DNA from: Acidimicrobiia bacterium | Lineage (GTDB): Bacteria; Actinomycetota; Acidimicrobiia; Spongiisociales; ZC4RG35 | Assembly (NCBI GenBank): GCA_965248705.1 | Contig: CBDFJY010000002.1 | Span: 1,972,058 to 2,036,057 of the forward strand | Length of the DNA stretch: 64,000 nucleotides | Reading direction: 5' to 3' | Shown here: one piece after another, positions 40,553 through 50,014 of the stretch | How the letters are laid out: every line of letters starts with the position of its first letter | How positions within the stretch are numbered: position 1 is the first letter of the stretch | Translations under genes and position numbers: made by a program | The notes under the pieces: generated by a model | Seen by the model: the letters and a program-made list of their open reading frames with translations, nothing else | What the model was told of the DNA's origin: nothing | The model's database searches: none

Positions 40553-43285
40553 GTGACAAGTGTCGGCTCGGTGCACCCGGACGTCCCACCGGAAATCCCG
40601 GCCCCGCCTGACGCGCTCATAATCGGTCACTACGGATTCAAGAACCTCGGGGATGAGGCCATCCTAGCCGGGATGTTGAGTCTCCTGCGGGAGACGGTCC
40701 CCGATGGCCGGTGGATGGTGGTATCGGGCGATCCTGAGGACACCCGGGAACGGCACGGCGTCATGGCCGTGGACAGGGCCGACGTGCCGGCGGTTCTGTC
40801 GGAGGCCTATCGGTCCCGGGTGGTGATAGTGGGAGGAGGGGGGCTCTTGTCCGACCAGTGGGGCTTCCGACCGGAGTACGCGCTGAGCCGCGCCGCGGGG
40901 GATATCCCCGGCTATCTGGGCCCGGCCCTGGCGGCAGCCGCCGTGGGGCGTCCCGTTTTGGTATGGGGGGTGGGGGTGGGTCCCTTTCGGGGCCGCCGAT
41001 CCCGGCGGTGGGTGAAAGCGCTGGCCGAGGTCGCCTCGGATTTCACGGTCCGCACCGAAGAGGACCGGGCCGAACTGGAGTCGATCGGCATTCGCGACTC
41101 CCTGGTGGTGGGGGACCCCGCCTGGCTGATCCAGCCCCGGGATCTGCCGCCTGATCTTTCCGGGATGCTGTCGCACCTGCCCCGGCCGCTGGTGGGAGTG
41201 GCGCCCCGATCGTGGGGGTCGGCCCGGGTGCAAGCCCGCCGCGAGCAGATGCTGGCCGAGGCTCTGGACGCCTTCTGTGAAAAGAATGGAGGGTCGGTGG
41301 TGTTCGTCCCCATGCAGGAACTGGAGGGGGACGACTTCGACGATCGGGGGTGCTGTCAGCGCATTGCTGATCTGATGAGCGCCCCCGATGTGCATATGGT
41401 CCCCCCCGGTCTCGATCCTGCCCAACTGCTCACGGTCTTGGGGCGGTGCGAACTGGCCCTCAACATGCGTCTGCACGGAACCATCCTTGCGGCCCTGGGA
41501 GGGACGCCCTCGGTCTCGATCTCCTACGATCCGAAGGTGACACGGCTGGCCGGCGAACTCGGCCTCTCACGTCTCTGTTTGTCTGACGAAGAGGATTCCT
41601 GGTCCCGTCTGACCGAATCTCTCGACAGCGCCTGGGAGGAATGCCCCGATCTCTCCTTTGCGATGCATATGGGCTCGGAGGCGATGCGAGCCAGCGCCCG
41701 GTCCGGGCGGCCGGTGGTGAAGAGGGCCTTGTCCGGCGTATGGGAGGCAGATCCGTTCACCGATCATCAAGCGATCCAGATGGAGTTGATGTTCGCGTTG
41801 ACCCGGAATCTGTCCGGAACCCTGACCCAGTTGGATGAAAGTAAAGCGGACAATCTGGAGCTTCGCAACCGGATCATCCGGGGAGAGGACAAGCTGCAGT
41901 TGGCCAAGGACGAATTGCAGTTGGCCAAGGACGAGTTGCAGTTGGCCGGGGACGAGTTGCAGTTGGCCGGGGACGAGTTGCAGTTGGCCAGGGAAACGGC
42001 CCGGGTCGAGTTGCAGGCGGCGTACGATCAGCATGCGCATGCGGAGCGAAGAGGTGATCTGCTCCAACTGGAACTCGACAACTTCCGTCAAACCCGCGCC
42101 ATCAAGCTGGTAACCAAGTACTGGAGGATCCGCCACCGGCTTCGCCAGAAAACGGCCCGCACCATAACCACGCCCGAGAGCCGGACCCCCTCGTCGTCCG
42201 ACAGTCCGGAATCCCAGATTCCCAAAGTGGTGACTGACCGGGTGGCCGAGAGCAAGGGGGTGGTGGTCTTTCTGCTCAACATCGAATGGTATATCCATCT
42301 GTTTCAACGACCTCAGCAGCTTGCCCAGGCCTTTGCCCGTCTGGGCTACACAGTGATCTATGACAACTCCAACCAGAGCCAGCCCGGTTGGGAGGAGATA
42401 GAGCCCCGACTTTTTCTGTACAGCGGTCCCCCCGAAGTGTTGCATCATCTGCCCGATCCTTTGGTGTGGGCGCTCACCTACAACTGGGAGCGGGCCGCCC
42501 GCTACCCGGAGGGAACCCGGACGGTTTACGACTGGATAGACGAGATCGATGTTTTCGATGGCTACGACCTGAACAAACTGAAGAGGCTCCATGCCCTCGG
42601 CCTGACAGACGCCGGGATGATTACCGCCAGCGCCCGAAGCCTGCTGGGAAAAGCCGGTGAACAGCGCCCGGACGCCCTCTATCTCCCCAATGCAGTGGAA
42701 TTCGAGCGCTTTGCCGAGTGGAGGGTTTCCGCCCCCGCCCATCCCGTGCTCCAAAGGTTCTTGCAAGATGGCCGTCCTATCGCCGGGTACTACGGCGCCA
42801 TCGCCCGCTGGATGGATTACGATCTGCTCACAGAAGTGGCCGCGGAGCGAAAAGACTGGAGCTTTCTGCTGATCGGCCCCCCCTACGATCAGAGCACCAA
42901 GAACCGCCCTCTCTTTTCTCTGCCAAATGTGGAGTGGGTAACCGCTCAGCCCTATCGGGATCTTCCTCGCTGGCTACAGTCCTTCGATGTGGCTCTAATC
43001 CCCTTCGTGGTCAACGAGATCACCGAGTCAACCTCCCCGCTGAAGCTTTTTGAGTACTTTGCGGGCGGAAAGCCGGTGGTCTGCAGCGAGATGGCCGAGG
43101 TGGTGGCCTTTCCCGAGGTTCGTTCCTATCGTGATCCGCAAGGTTTGTCCAAGGCTTTGGATCTGGCGCTGGCAGACTCTAGAAGTCCTGAAATCAGGGA
43201 ACGTTTGAAACGGCGCGGGGAAGAGAATTCCTGGCTTGCCAGGGCCCGAACTGTTGTCGAAAGAATAGAACAAGGAGATAGCTGA
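40553..43285 (+). CDS. fusion protein: CsaB/WcaK-type polysaccharide pyruvyltransferase domain - heptad-repeat coiled coil - GT4-type glycosyltransferase domain
   Basis: N-terminus ALIIGHYGFKNLGDEAILAGMLSLL and MRLHGTILAALGGTPSVSISYDPKV (PS_pyruv_trans family); central (D/G)ELQLA(K/G) x5; C-terminus ...LFEYFAGGKPVVCSEM (GT1/GT4 E-x7-E-like motif). Confidence 0.7.
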   Translation: MTSVGSVHPDVPPEIPAPPDALIIGHYGFKNLGDEAILAGMLSLLRETVPDGRWMVVSGDPEDTRERHGVMAVDRADVPAVLSEAYRSRVVIVGGGGLLSDQWGFRPEYALSRAAGDIPGYLGPALAAAAVGRPVLVWGVGVGPFRGRRSRRWVKALAEVASDFTVRTEEDRAELESIGIRDSLVVGDPAWLIQPRDLPPDLSGMLSHLPRPLVGVAPRSWGSARVQARREQMLAEALDAFCEKNGGSVVFVPMQELEGDDFDDRGCCQRIADLMSAPDVHMVPPGLDPAQLLTVLGRCELALNMRLHGTILAALGGTPSVSISYDPKVTRLAGELGLSRLCLSDEEDSWSRLTESLDSAWEECPDLSFAMHMGSEAMRASARSGRPVVKRALSGVWEADPFTDHQAIQMELMFALTRNLSGTLTQLDESKADNLELRNRIIRGEDKLQLAKDELQLAKDELQLAGDELQLAGDELQLARETARVELQAAYDQHAHAERRGDLLQLELDNFRQTRAIKLVTKYWRIRHRLRQKTARTITTPESRTPSSSDSPESQIPKVVTDRVAESKGVVVFLLNIEWYIHLFQRPQQLAQAFARLGYTVIYDNSNQSQPGWEEIEPRLFLYSGPPEVLHHLPDPLVWALTYNWERAARYPEGTRTVYDWIDEIDVFDGYDLNKLKRLHALGLTDAGMITASARSLLGKAGEQRPDALYLPNAVEFERFAEWRVSAPAHPVLQRFLQDGRPIAGYYGAIARWMDYDLLTEVAAERKDWSFLLIGPPYDQSTKNRPLFSLPNVEWVTAQPYRDLPRWLQSFDVALIPFVVNEITESTSPLKLFEYFAGGKPVVCSEMAEVVAFPEVRSYRDPQGLSKALDLALADSRSPEIRERLKRRGEENSWLARARTVVERIEQGDS
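41888..41992 (+). repeat. 5 x 21-bp perfect/near-perfect tandem repeat (GACGAGTTGCAGTTGGCCAAG) encoding heptads DELQLAK
   Basis: Direct reading of nt 41888-41992 inside the 40553-43285 CDS. Confidence 0.85.
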
Positions 43286-44466
43286 TGTGGCTAACCGATG
43301 CCAGAGTGGTAGATGTTGTCAGCGGAGAAATCCGGGACGGAGTGAGTGTGGAGATCACTGACGGAAGGATCGGAGTCATCCAAGCCCAGCCGGGCCCTGG
43401 GGAACAGCACAGCCTGGACGGACGCTATCTGCTTCCCGGCCTGATCTCGGTGCACACCCATCTGTCGGTGGTGTACCCCTTCTCCACTACTGACGAAGCC
43501 GAGAACCCGGGGCTGACGGTGCTCCGCTCCTACCAGCGGGCACAGGATGCCCTGCGAGCGGGAGTCACCACCATCCGTTGTGTCCACGAGTTGAACCGGG
43601 CCGATTTGCTGCTGGCCGAGGCGGCCCGGGCAGGCTGGGCGGATGTTCCCCGGATAGTGGGCGCCGGGCAGGCGATCTCCACCACCGGCGGGCATGGCGA
43701 TGGGATCGGCTCCGCCCTCGCCGACGGACCCGAAGCTTTCCGAGAGGCGGCCTTGGCCGAGTTGGACGCGGGATGTTCCCACATCAAAGTTTTCATCACC
43801 GGGGGCATCGCCAACCTGGGAGAGACTTTCGACACTCCGGAGATGAGCCTGGCGGAGATGCAGGCCACGGTGGGCGCCGCTGCCGAGCGCGACACCTACG
43901 TGGTGGCCCATGCCGGGTCGTCACTGGCCATCAACCGGGCACTGGATGCCGGCATCCGTTCCTTCGAGCACGCCTACGACCTGGACGCCGAGACGGCCGG
44001 TCGCATGGCGGCGGAAGGGGTGTTTCTCACTCCCACCCTGTGTGTGACCCGTTCACCGGAGTGGATGCGCTACAAGGGATTCGAAGAATTCCAGATCGAG
44101 ACCTCCCTCGAGGTGGGCCCCATGCACCTGGCCAGCATCCGCCGGGCGGTGGCGGCCGGGGTGACCATGGTCAATGGGACCGACTACCCACCCGGCGATC
44201 CGATCGAAGGAACCTCGGTGGCGGTATACGAGATGGGCCTGATGGAGGGTGCCGGACTCCGCCCGCGTCTGGCGCTGGCGGGCGCCACTTCCAACGCCGC
44301 CCGGCTGCTGGGATTGGAGTCGGAGATCGGTACTGTTGAGGAAGGAAAGGTTGCCGACCTGGTCGCCGTGGAGGACAATCCCCTGTCGGATGTGGCGGCG
44401 ATGCGAGAGATCTCCTTTGTCATGCAGTCCGGCAGGGTGGTTCGGGACGACCGCCCGGCTTCGTAG
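43285..44466 (+). CDS. metal-dependent amidohydrolase family protein
   Basis: 393 aa; PGLISVHTHL metal-binding motif, later HxH/Asp pattern consistent with the amidohydrolase superfamily; ATGA overlap with the upstream gene. Confidence 0.7.
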   Translation: MWLTDARVVDVVSGEIRDGVSVEITDGRIGVIQAQPGPGEQHSLDGRYLLPGLISVHTHLSVVYPFSTTDEAENPGLTVLRSYQRAQDALRAGVTTIRCVHELNRADLLLAEAARAGWADVPRIVGAGQAISTTGGHGDGIGSALADGPEAFREAALAELDAGCSHIKVFITGGIANLGETFDTPEMSLAEMQATVGAAAERDTYVVAHAGSSLAINRALDAGIRSFEHAYDLDAETAGRMAAEGVFLTPTLCVTRSPEWMRYKGFEEFQIETSLEVGPMHLASIRRAVAAGVTMVNGTDYPPGDPIEGTSVAVYEMGLMEGAGLRPRLALAGATSNAARLLGLESEIGTVEEGKVADLVAVEDNPLSDVAAMREISFVMQSGRVVRDDRPAS

Positions 44467-44494
44467 CGGCGATCCTTTTCCATAGAGTGAGAGC

Positions 44495-46534
44495 ATGACT
44501 GAACGCAGATACCGCCTCGCCGTTGACATCGGCGGCACCTTCGTAGACGCCATCTCCTATGACGAGCGGACCGGAGAGATCACGGTGCGCAAGGCCCCCA
44601 CCACCCCCGCCGCCCCCGCCGACGGGGTGATCACCGCCACCCGCGCCACCAACGCCTCCCTTGAGGAAGCTTCCGTCTATACCCACGGCACCACCCTGGG
44701 GCTCAACGCCATCCTGGAACGCAAAGGTGCGGTGACCGGCATCATCACCAACGCCGGTTTCCGGGACATCTTCGAGATTGCCCGGGGAGACCTGCCTAGC
44801 GGTTCGATGTACGACTTCCAATACCGCCGCCCCGAGTTACTGGTACGCCGGCGCCACACGGTGGGTGTGCCAGGACGCATCGACCATCGCGGCAAGGTGG
44901 TGGAAGAGTTGGACCATGACGCGGTGATCAATGCGGGTCGCCTGCTGGCGGAGCGGGGAGTGGAGTCGGTGGCGGTCTGCTTTCTTCACTCCTACGCCAA
45001 CATCGAGCACGAGGAAACCGCCAAGAGCATTCTGAGCAAGGCCTTCCCGAACCTGTCGATATCCGTCTCGGTCGATCTGGTGAGGGAATACCGCGAATAC
45101 GAACGGACCTCCACCGCGGTGGCCGATGCCTATGTCCGCCCCATACTGGGCCGATATCTCACCGATCTGGAAGACCGGCTTCGAGAGAGAGGTTTCGACG
45201 GTTCCTTTCTGATAATGCGTTCGGCAGGCGGGGCGATGACTTCGGAGGTTGCCCGGGTGTCACCGCTGCTGACTGTTTACTCCGGTCCGGCGGGCGGCAT
45301 AGCCGGGGCGATCAGCTTGGGAGAGGCCACCGGCCGCTCTTCTCTCATCTCCTTCGATGTGGGAGGAACCAGCCTGGATTCGTGCGTGATCGTGGACGGG
45401 GCGCCCACCGAAGTCTATGAAGCTGAGATTGAGAGCCTTCCGATCCGCATCCCGGTGTTCGACATCCGCACCATCGGCGCGGGAGGCGGTTCCATCGCCT
45501 GGATGGATAAGGGGCTCCTTCGAGTAGGGCCCCAAAGCGCCGGCGCCGATCCCGGACCGATCTGCTACGGACGGGGCAACACCGAGCCGACCGTCACCGA
45601 CGCTTCATTGTGCCTCGGATATCTGGCGGCGGACGAATTTCTCGGAGGGGAGATGAGCCTGGACCAAGACGCTGCGGTGCGTGGCGTCACCGAAAAGTTG
45701 GCCGATCCGCTGGGGATGTCCACCGAACGGGCTGCCGCCGCGGTCTTCGATGTGCTGCTGGCCCGCACGGTTGGCGCCATCCGGGAGATCACCGTGGAGC
45801 GGGGCCTGGACCCCAGGGAATTCTCGCTAGTGGCTTTCGGCGGCGCCGGACCGATGCTGGCGCCACTACTGGCCAGGGAGATGGAACTGCCCGAAGTGTT
45901 GATTCCCGCCGCTCCGGCGGTGTTCTCCGCCTGGGGAATGCTGATGTCCGACTTGGAGTACGACTTGGGGCAGACGGTGCTGACCATGCTGGACGACGCC
46001 GCTCTGGCCCAGATGGAAGGTGTGTTCGCCCAAATGGAGACCGAGGCCGATCAGGTGCTGGCCACCCAATCCGTCCCATCCGAGAAGAGGGTGTTGCTCA
46101 GGCGATTGGATCTGCGTTACAACGGTCAGGAGCACACCCTGTCGATCGACTTGGAGGAGACCGAGGACAAACACTCGGTGGCTGCCAAATTTCACCACAA
46201 GCACTATGAGCGGTACGGGCACCAACTGAAGGAGGAGATTCAGATCCTGACCGCCCGGGTCAGGGCAATCGGGCTTTTGGACAAGCCCTCCGGCCATCTT
46301 GGCACGGCCCATGCTTCACAGGTCGATGGGGGGGTGAGTCAAGTTGGGGAGCGTCTTGCCTTCGACTTCGCCACCCGGGAGCGCCGCCTGTTTCCGATCT
46401 ACGAGCGCAGTCTGCTTCAACCGGAAGTAGAAATAGAGGGGCCGGCCATTATTCGTGAGCCCACTTCTGTGACCATTATCCACAGTGACCAGAGCGCGGT
46501 GCCCGACCATTTGGGAAACCTGGTGGTGAGGTGA
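44495..46534 (+). CDS. hyuA: hydantoinase A / oxoprolinase family protein (HyuA), second copy
   Basis: 679 aa; DIGGTFVDAI N-terminus; ~45% identical to 21935-23986. Confidence 0.85.
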   Translation: MTERRYRLAVDIGGTFVDAISYDERTGEITVRKAPTTPAAPADGVITATRATNASLEEASVYTHGTTLGLNAILERKGAVTGIITNAGFRDIFEIARGDLPSGSMYDFQYRRPELLVRRRHTVGVPGRIDHRGKVVEELDHDAVINAGRLLAERGVESVAVCFLHSYANIEHEETAKSILSKAFPNLSISVSVDLVREYREYERTSTAVADAYVRPILGRYLTDLEDRLRERGFDGSFLIMRSAGGAMTSEVARVSPLLTVYSGPAGGIAGAISLGEATGRSSLISFDVGGTSLDSCVIVDGAPTEVYEAEIESLPIRIPVFDIRTIGAGGGSIAWMDKGLLRVGPQSAGADPGPICYGRGNTEPTVTDASLCLGYLAADEFLGGEMSLDQDAAVRGVTEKLADPLGMSTERAAAAVFDVLLARTVGAIREITVERGLDPREFSLVAFGGAGPMLAPLLAREMELPEVLIPAAPAVFSAWGMLMSDLEYDLGQTVLTMLDDAALAQMEGVFAQMETEADQVLATQSVPSEKRVLLRRLDLRYNGQEHTLSIDLEETEDKHSVAAKFHHKHYERYGHQLKEEIQILTARVRAIGLLDKPSGHLGTAHASQVDGGVSQVGERLAFDFATRERRLFPIYERSLLQPEVEIEGPAIIREPTSVTIIHSDQSAVPDHLGNLVVR

Positions 46535-48255
46535 GTGACGGTCCCACTCTGGATGGCGCCACCGTAGAGGTGATCCGTCACTATCTGAACTCTACGGCGG
46601 AGCAGATGCGCCGAACTCTGGTGAGAACCGCGTTCAATCCGGTTATCTATGAGGTGCTGGACTTCGGTATCTCCATATATGACCGGCACCGTCGGCTGAT
46701 CTCGGAATCCTCGGGGATACTTTCTTTCCTGGGCGCCAACGATTTTGCCATTCACAAGGGCGTTGAGAAGGTGGGCATTGAAAACCTCCACGCCGGCGAT
46801 GTCGTGATTATCAACTATCCCTACTGGAGCGGCGCGCACGCCGCCGACGCCATGTTGTTCACGCCGGTGTTCTCCGACGGCAGCGAACTCCCCGATGCCT
46901 TTCTGGCGGTGCGGGCGCATTGGATGGACTTGGGCGCCAAGGATCCCGGCTATGTGCTGGATTCCACCTCCATACATCAGGAGGGTCTGATCCTGCCCGG
47001 CGTGAAGCTGATCAACCGGGGGGAAGTGGACCCCCAGATCATGGCCATCCTGCGATATAACTCCCGGATGCCCGACACCATCATCGGGGACTTCAATGCT
47101 CAGATCTCCGCCATGCGGGTGGGGGAGCGGCGGCTCCGCCAGATTTGGGAGAAGTTCGGCCTGGCCAAGGTGGATACGGCGATCGATCTGATAATGGAGC
47201 ACGGCGCGCAGACCGCCGCCGAGGCGGTGCGGGCCATGCCCGATGGGCAGTGGTCGGCCTACGACTGGCTGGACGACGACGGGATCTCCTATGACCTGAT
47301 CAGGATGGCGGTGACGGTGACCATTGAGGGGGAGAAGTTCACGGTGGACTATGGCGACTCCGACCCGGGCGTGCCCGGGCCGGTGAACATGCCCTTCGGG
47401 AGCACCTTGAGTCAAGCGAAAAACGTTTTCAAGTCTCTCACAACCCCCAACACTCCTGCCAACCATGGCCATTACCAGCCGCTTGAGGTGATCTGTCCGC
47501 CCGGGAACCTCTTCCATGCCGTGTATCCGGCCGCCACCTACACTCTCTGGACGGCAATGGTGTCTTTCGAGTTGATCCACAAGGCGCTGGCTCAGGGGAT
47601 GGATCAAATCGCCGCATCCTCGGGTTCCGACGAGCCGGGTTTCATGGCGGTGGGAACCCATCCAGACAACGGGGAGATGTACTCGGTCAGCAACAACGAG
47701 GGGATCGGCTGGGGTGCAACCCCGAATCACGATGGCTCCAACGCCCTGCAGCATCTCTCCACCACTTCGGTCCGTAACACCTCCCTGGAAGTGCTGGAGC
47801 ACAAGTCTCCGATCTTTCATGAACGGTTGGAGTTGCGCCGGGACTCGGGTGGGGCCGGCAGGTGGCGGGGAGGGTTGGGAGTCTGCCGTGAGGTGAAATG
47901 GCTTGCCACCGGTGAACTCCTCTCGATGAAGAAGAAGACCAAGACCAAGCCGTGGGCGCTTCGGGGCGGACATGAGCCGGAGACCAACGCCATGATCGTC
48001 TGGCCCGACACCGACCGGGCTCACCGGGCGCGGATGGAGCGATTCACCATGCAGCCCGGAGAGGGATTCCGCAACTTCTCGGCGGGTGGGGGAGGGTGGG
48101 GTGATCCGTTGGACCGGCCCATCGAGTTGGTGCTGCAAGACGTGGTGGACGAATATGTCTCGGTGGAGCAGGCGGAAAAAGTGTACGGAGTCAAGGTGGG
48201 GGAGGACGGGACCGCCACCGCTACCGGGGCGCGTCTGGATCGCCCGCCGTCCTGA
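46531..48255 (+). CDS. hyuB: hydantoinase B / oxoprolinase family protein, tandem copy 1
   Basis: 574 aa; start overlaps hyuA stop; first unit of 1742-bp tandem array. Confidence 0.85.
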   Translation: MSDGPTLDGATVEVIRHYLNSTAEQMRRTLVRTAFNPVIYEVLDFGISIYDRHRRLISESSGILSFLGANDFAIHKGVEKVGIENLHAGDVVIINYPYWSGAHAADAMLFTPVFSDGSELPDAFLAVRAHWMDLGAKDPGYVLDSTSIHQEGLILPGVKLINRGEVDPQIMAILRYNSRMPDTIIGDFNAQISAMRVGERRLRQIWEKFGLAKVDTAIDLIMEHGAQTAAEAVRAMPDGQWSAYDWLDDDGISYDLIRMAVTVTIEGEKFTVDYGDSDPGVPGPVNMPFGSTLSQAKNVFKSLTTPNTPANHGHYQPLEVICPPGNLFHAVYPAATYTLWTAMVSFELIHKALAQGMDQIAASSGSDEPGFMAVGTHPDNGEMYSVSNNEGIGWGATPNHDGSNALQHLSTTSVRNTSLEVLEHKSPIFHERLELRRDSGGAGRWRGGLGVCREVKWLATGELLSMKKKTKTKPWALRGGHEPETNAMIVWPDTDRAHRARMERFTMQPGEGFRNFSAGGGGWGDPLDRPIELVLQDVVDEYVSVEQAEKVYGVKVGEDGTATATGARLDRPPS

Positions 48256-48272
48256 ATGCTCAAGGGTATGAG

Positions 48273-49997
48273 GTGAGCAACGGTCCCACCCTGGATGGCG
48301 CCACCGTGGAGGTGATCCGTCACTATCTGAACTCTACGGCTGAGCAGATGCGCCGCACCTTGGTGAGGACCGCGTTCAATCCGGTTATCTATGAGGTGCT
48401 GGATTTCGGTATCTCCATGTACGACCGGCACCGTCGGCTGATCTCGGAGTCCTCGGGGATACTTTCTTTTCTGGGCGCCAACGATTATGCGATTCACAAG
48501 GGTGTTGAGAAGGTGGGTATTGAGAACCTTCATCCCGGGGATGTGGTGATGATCAACTATCCCTACTGGAGCGGTGCTCATGTCTCCGACGCGATGTTGT
48601 TCACGCCGGTGTTCTCCGACGGCAGCGAACTCCCCGACGCCTTTCTGGCGGTGCGGGCGCATTGGATGGACTTAGGCGCCAAGGATCCCGGCTATGTGCT
48701 GGATTCCACCTCCATACATCAGGAAGGTCTGATCTTTCCAGGCATAAAGCTGATCAACCGGGGCGAGGTGGACCCCCAGATCATGGCCATCCTGCGATAT
48801 AACTCCCGGATGCCCGAGACGATCATCGGGGACTTCAATGCTCAGATCTCCGCCATGCGGGTGGGGGAGCGGCGGCTCCGCCAGATTTGGGACAAGTTCG
48901 GCCTGGCCAAGGTGGATACGGCGATCGATCTGATCATCGAGCACGGCGCGCAGACGGCGGCCGAGGCGGTGCGGGCCATGCCCGATGGGCAATGGTCGTC
49001 CTACGACTGGCTGGACGACGATGGCATTTCCTATGACCTGATCAGGATGGCGGTGACGGTGACCATTGAGGGGGAGAAGTTCACGGTGGACTATGGTGAC
49101 TCTGACGGAGGGGTGCCCGGGCCGGTGAACATGCCCTTCGGGAAGACCCTGAGCCTGGCCAAGACAGTGTTCAAGTCCCTAACCACGCCCAACGTTCCCG
49201 CCAACCATGGCCATTACCAACCGTTGACGGTGTGCTGCCCGCCGGGCAATCTGTTTAACGCCGTGTACCCGGCGGCCACCTTCACACTCTGGACCGGCAT
49301 GGCGGCCTTCGAGTTGATCCACAAGGCACTGGCTCAGGGGATGGACCATATCGCCGCTTCCTCAGGTTCTGACGAGCCGGGTTTCATGGCGGTGGGGACG
49401 CATCCAGACAACGGAGAGATGTATGCGGTCAGCAACAACGAGGGGATCGGCTGGGGCGCTACTCCGAACTATGACGGGGCCCACGCTTTACAGCATCCCT
49501 CCACCAGTGCGGTCCGAAACACCTCGATGGAGGTCTTGGAGCACAAGTCGCCGATCTTTCATGAACGGTTGGAGTTGCGCCGCGACTCGGGTGGGGCGGG
49601 ACGCTGGCGGGGAGGTCTGGGAATCCGCCGCGAGGTGAAGTTCCTTGCCACCGGCGAGCTTCTCTCGATGAAGAAGAAGACCAAGACCAAGCCGTGGGCG
49701 CTTCGGGGTGGGCATGAGCCGGAGACCAACGCCATGATCGTCTGGCCCGACACCGACCGGGCTCACCGGGCGCGGATGGAGCGATTCACGATGGATCCCG
49801 GAGATCGGTTCCGCAATCTGTCAGCCGGCGGAGGAGGCTGGGGTGATCCGCTGGATCGTCCCATAGAGTTGGTGCTGCAAGACGTGCTGGACGGATATGT
49901 CTCAGTGGAGCAGGCGGGGAGGGTGTATGGAGTGGAGGTACAGCAAGATGGGACCGCCATTCCCACCGGGGCCCGTCCGGACTGCCCGTCGTCCTGA
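48273..49997 (+). CDS. hyuB: hydantoinase B / oxoprolinase family protein, tandem copy 2
   Basis: 574 aa, ~94% identical to copy 1. Confidence 0.85.
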   Translation: MSNGPTLDGATVEVIRHYLNSTAEQMRRTLVRTAFNPVIYEVLDFGISMYDRHRRLISESSGILSFLGANDYAIHKGVEKVGIENLHPGDVVMINYPYWSGAHVSDAMLFTPVFSDGSELPDAFLAVRAHWMDLGAKDPGYVLDSTSIHQEGLIFPGIKLINRGEVDPQIMAILRYNSRMPETIIGDFNAQISAMRVGERRLRQIWDKFGLAKVDTAIDLIIEHGAQTAAEAVRAMPDGQWSSYDWLDDDGISYDLIRMAVTVTIEGEKFTVDYGDSDGGVPGPVNMPFGKTLSLAKTVFKSLTTPNVPANHGHYQPLTVCCPPGNLFNAVYPAATFTLWTGMAAFELIHKALAQGMDHIAASSGSDEPGFMAVGTHPDNGEMYAVSNNEGIGWGATPNYDGAHALQHPSTSAVRNTSMEVLEHKSPIFHERLELRRDSGGAGRWRGGLGIRREVKFLATGELLSMKKKTKTKPWALRGGHEPETNAMIVWPDTDRAHRARMERFTMDPGDRFRNLSAGGGGWGDPLDRPIELVLQDVLDGYVSVEQAGRVYGVEVQQDGTAIPTGARPDCPSS

Positions 49998-50014
49998 GTG
50001 CTCAAGGGGATGAG

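Noticed and set aside
41567-42766. 399-aa minus-strand ORF with QLQLVPG repeats
   Set aside because: Reverse-complement reading of the 21-bp heptad repeats inside the CsaB-GT fusion gene; the plus-strand frame has recognisable domains on both sides.
46417-48138. 573-aa minus-strand ORF (and similar 48021-48662, 50771-51538, 54067-54555)
   Set aside because: Antisense to the hyuB tandem copies; repeated because the array is repeated; no functional motifs.
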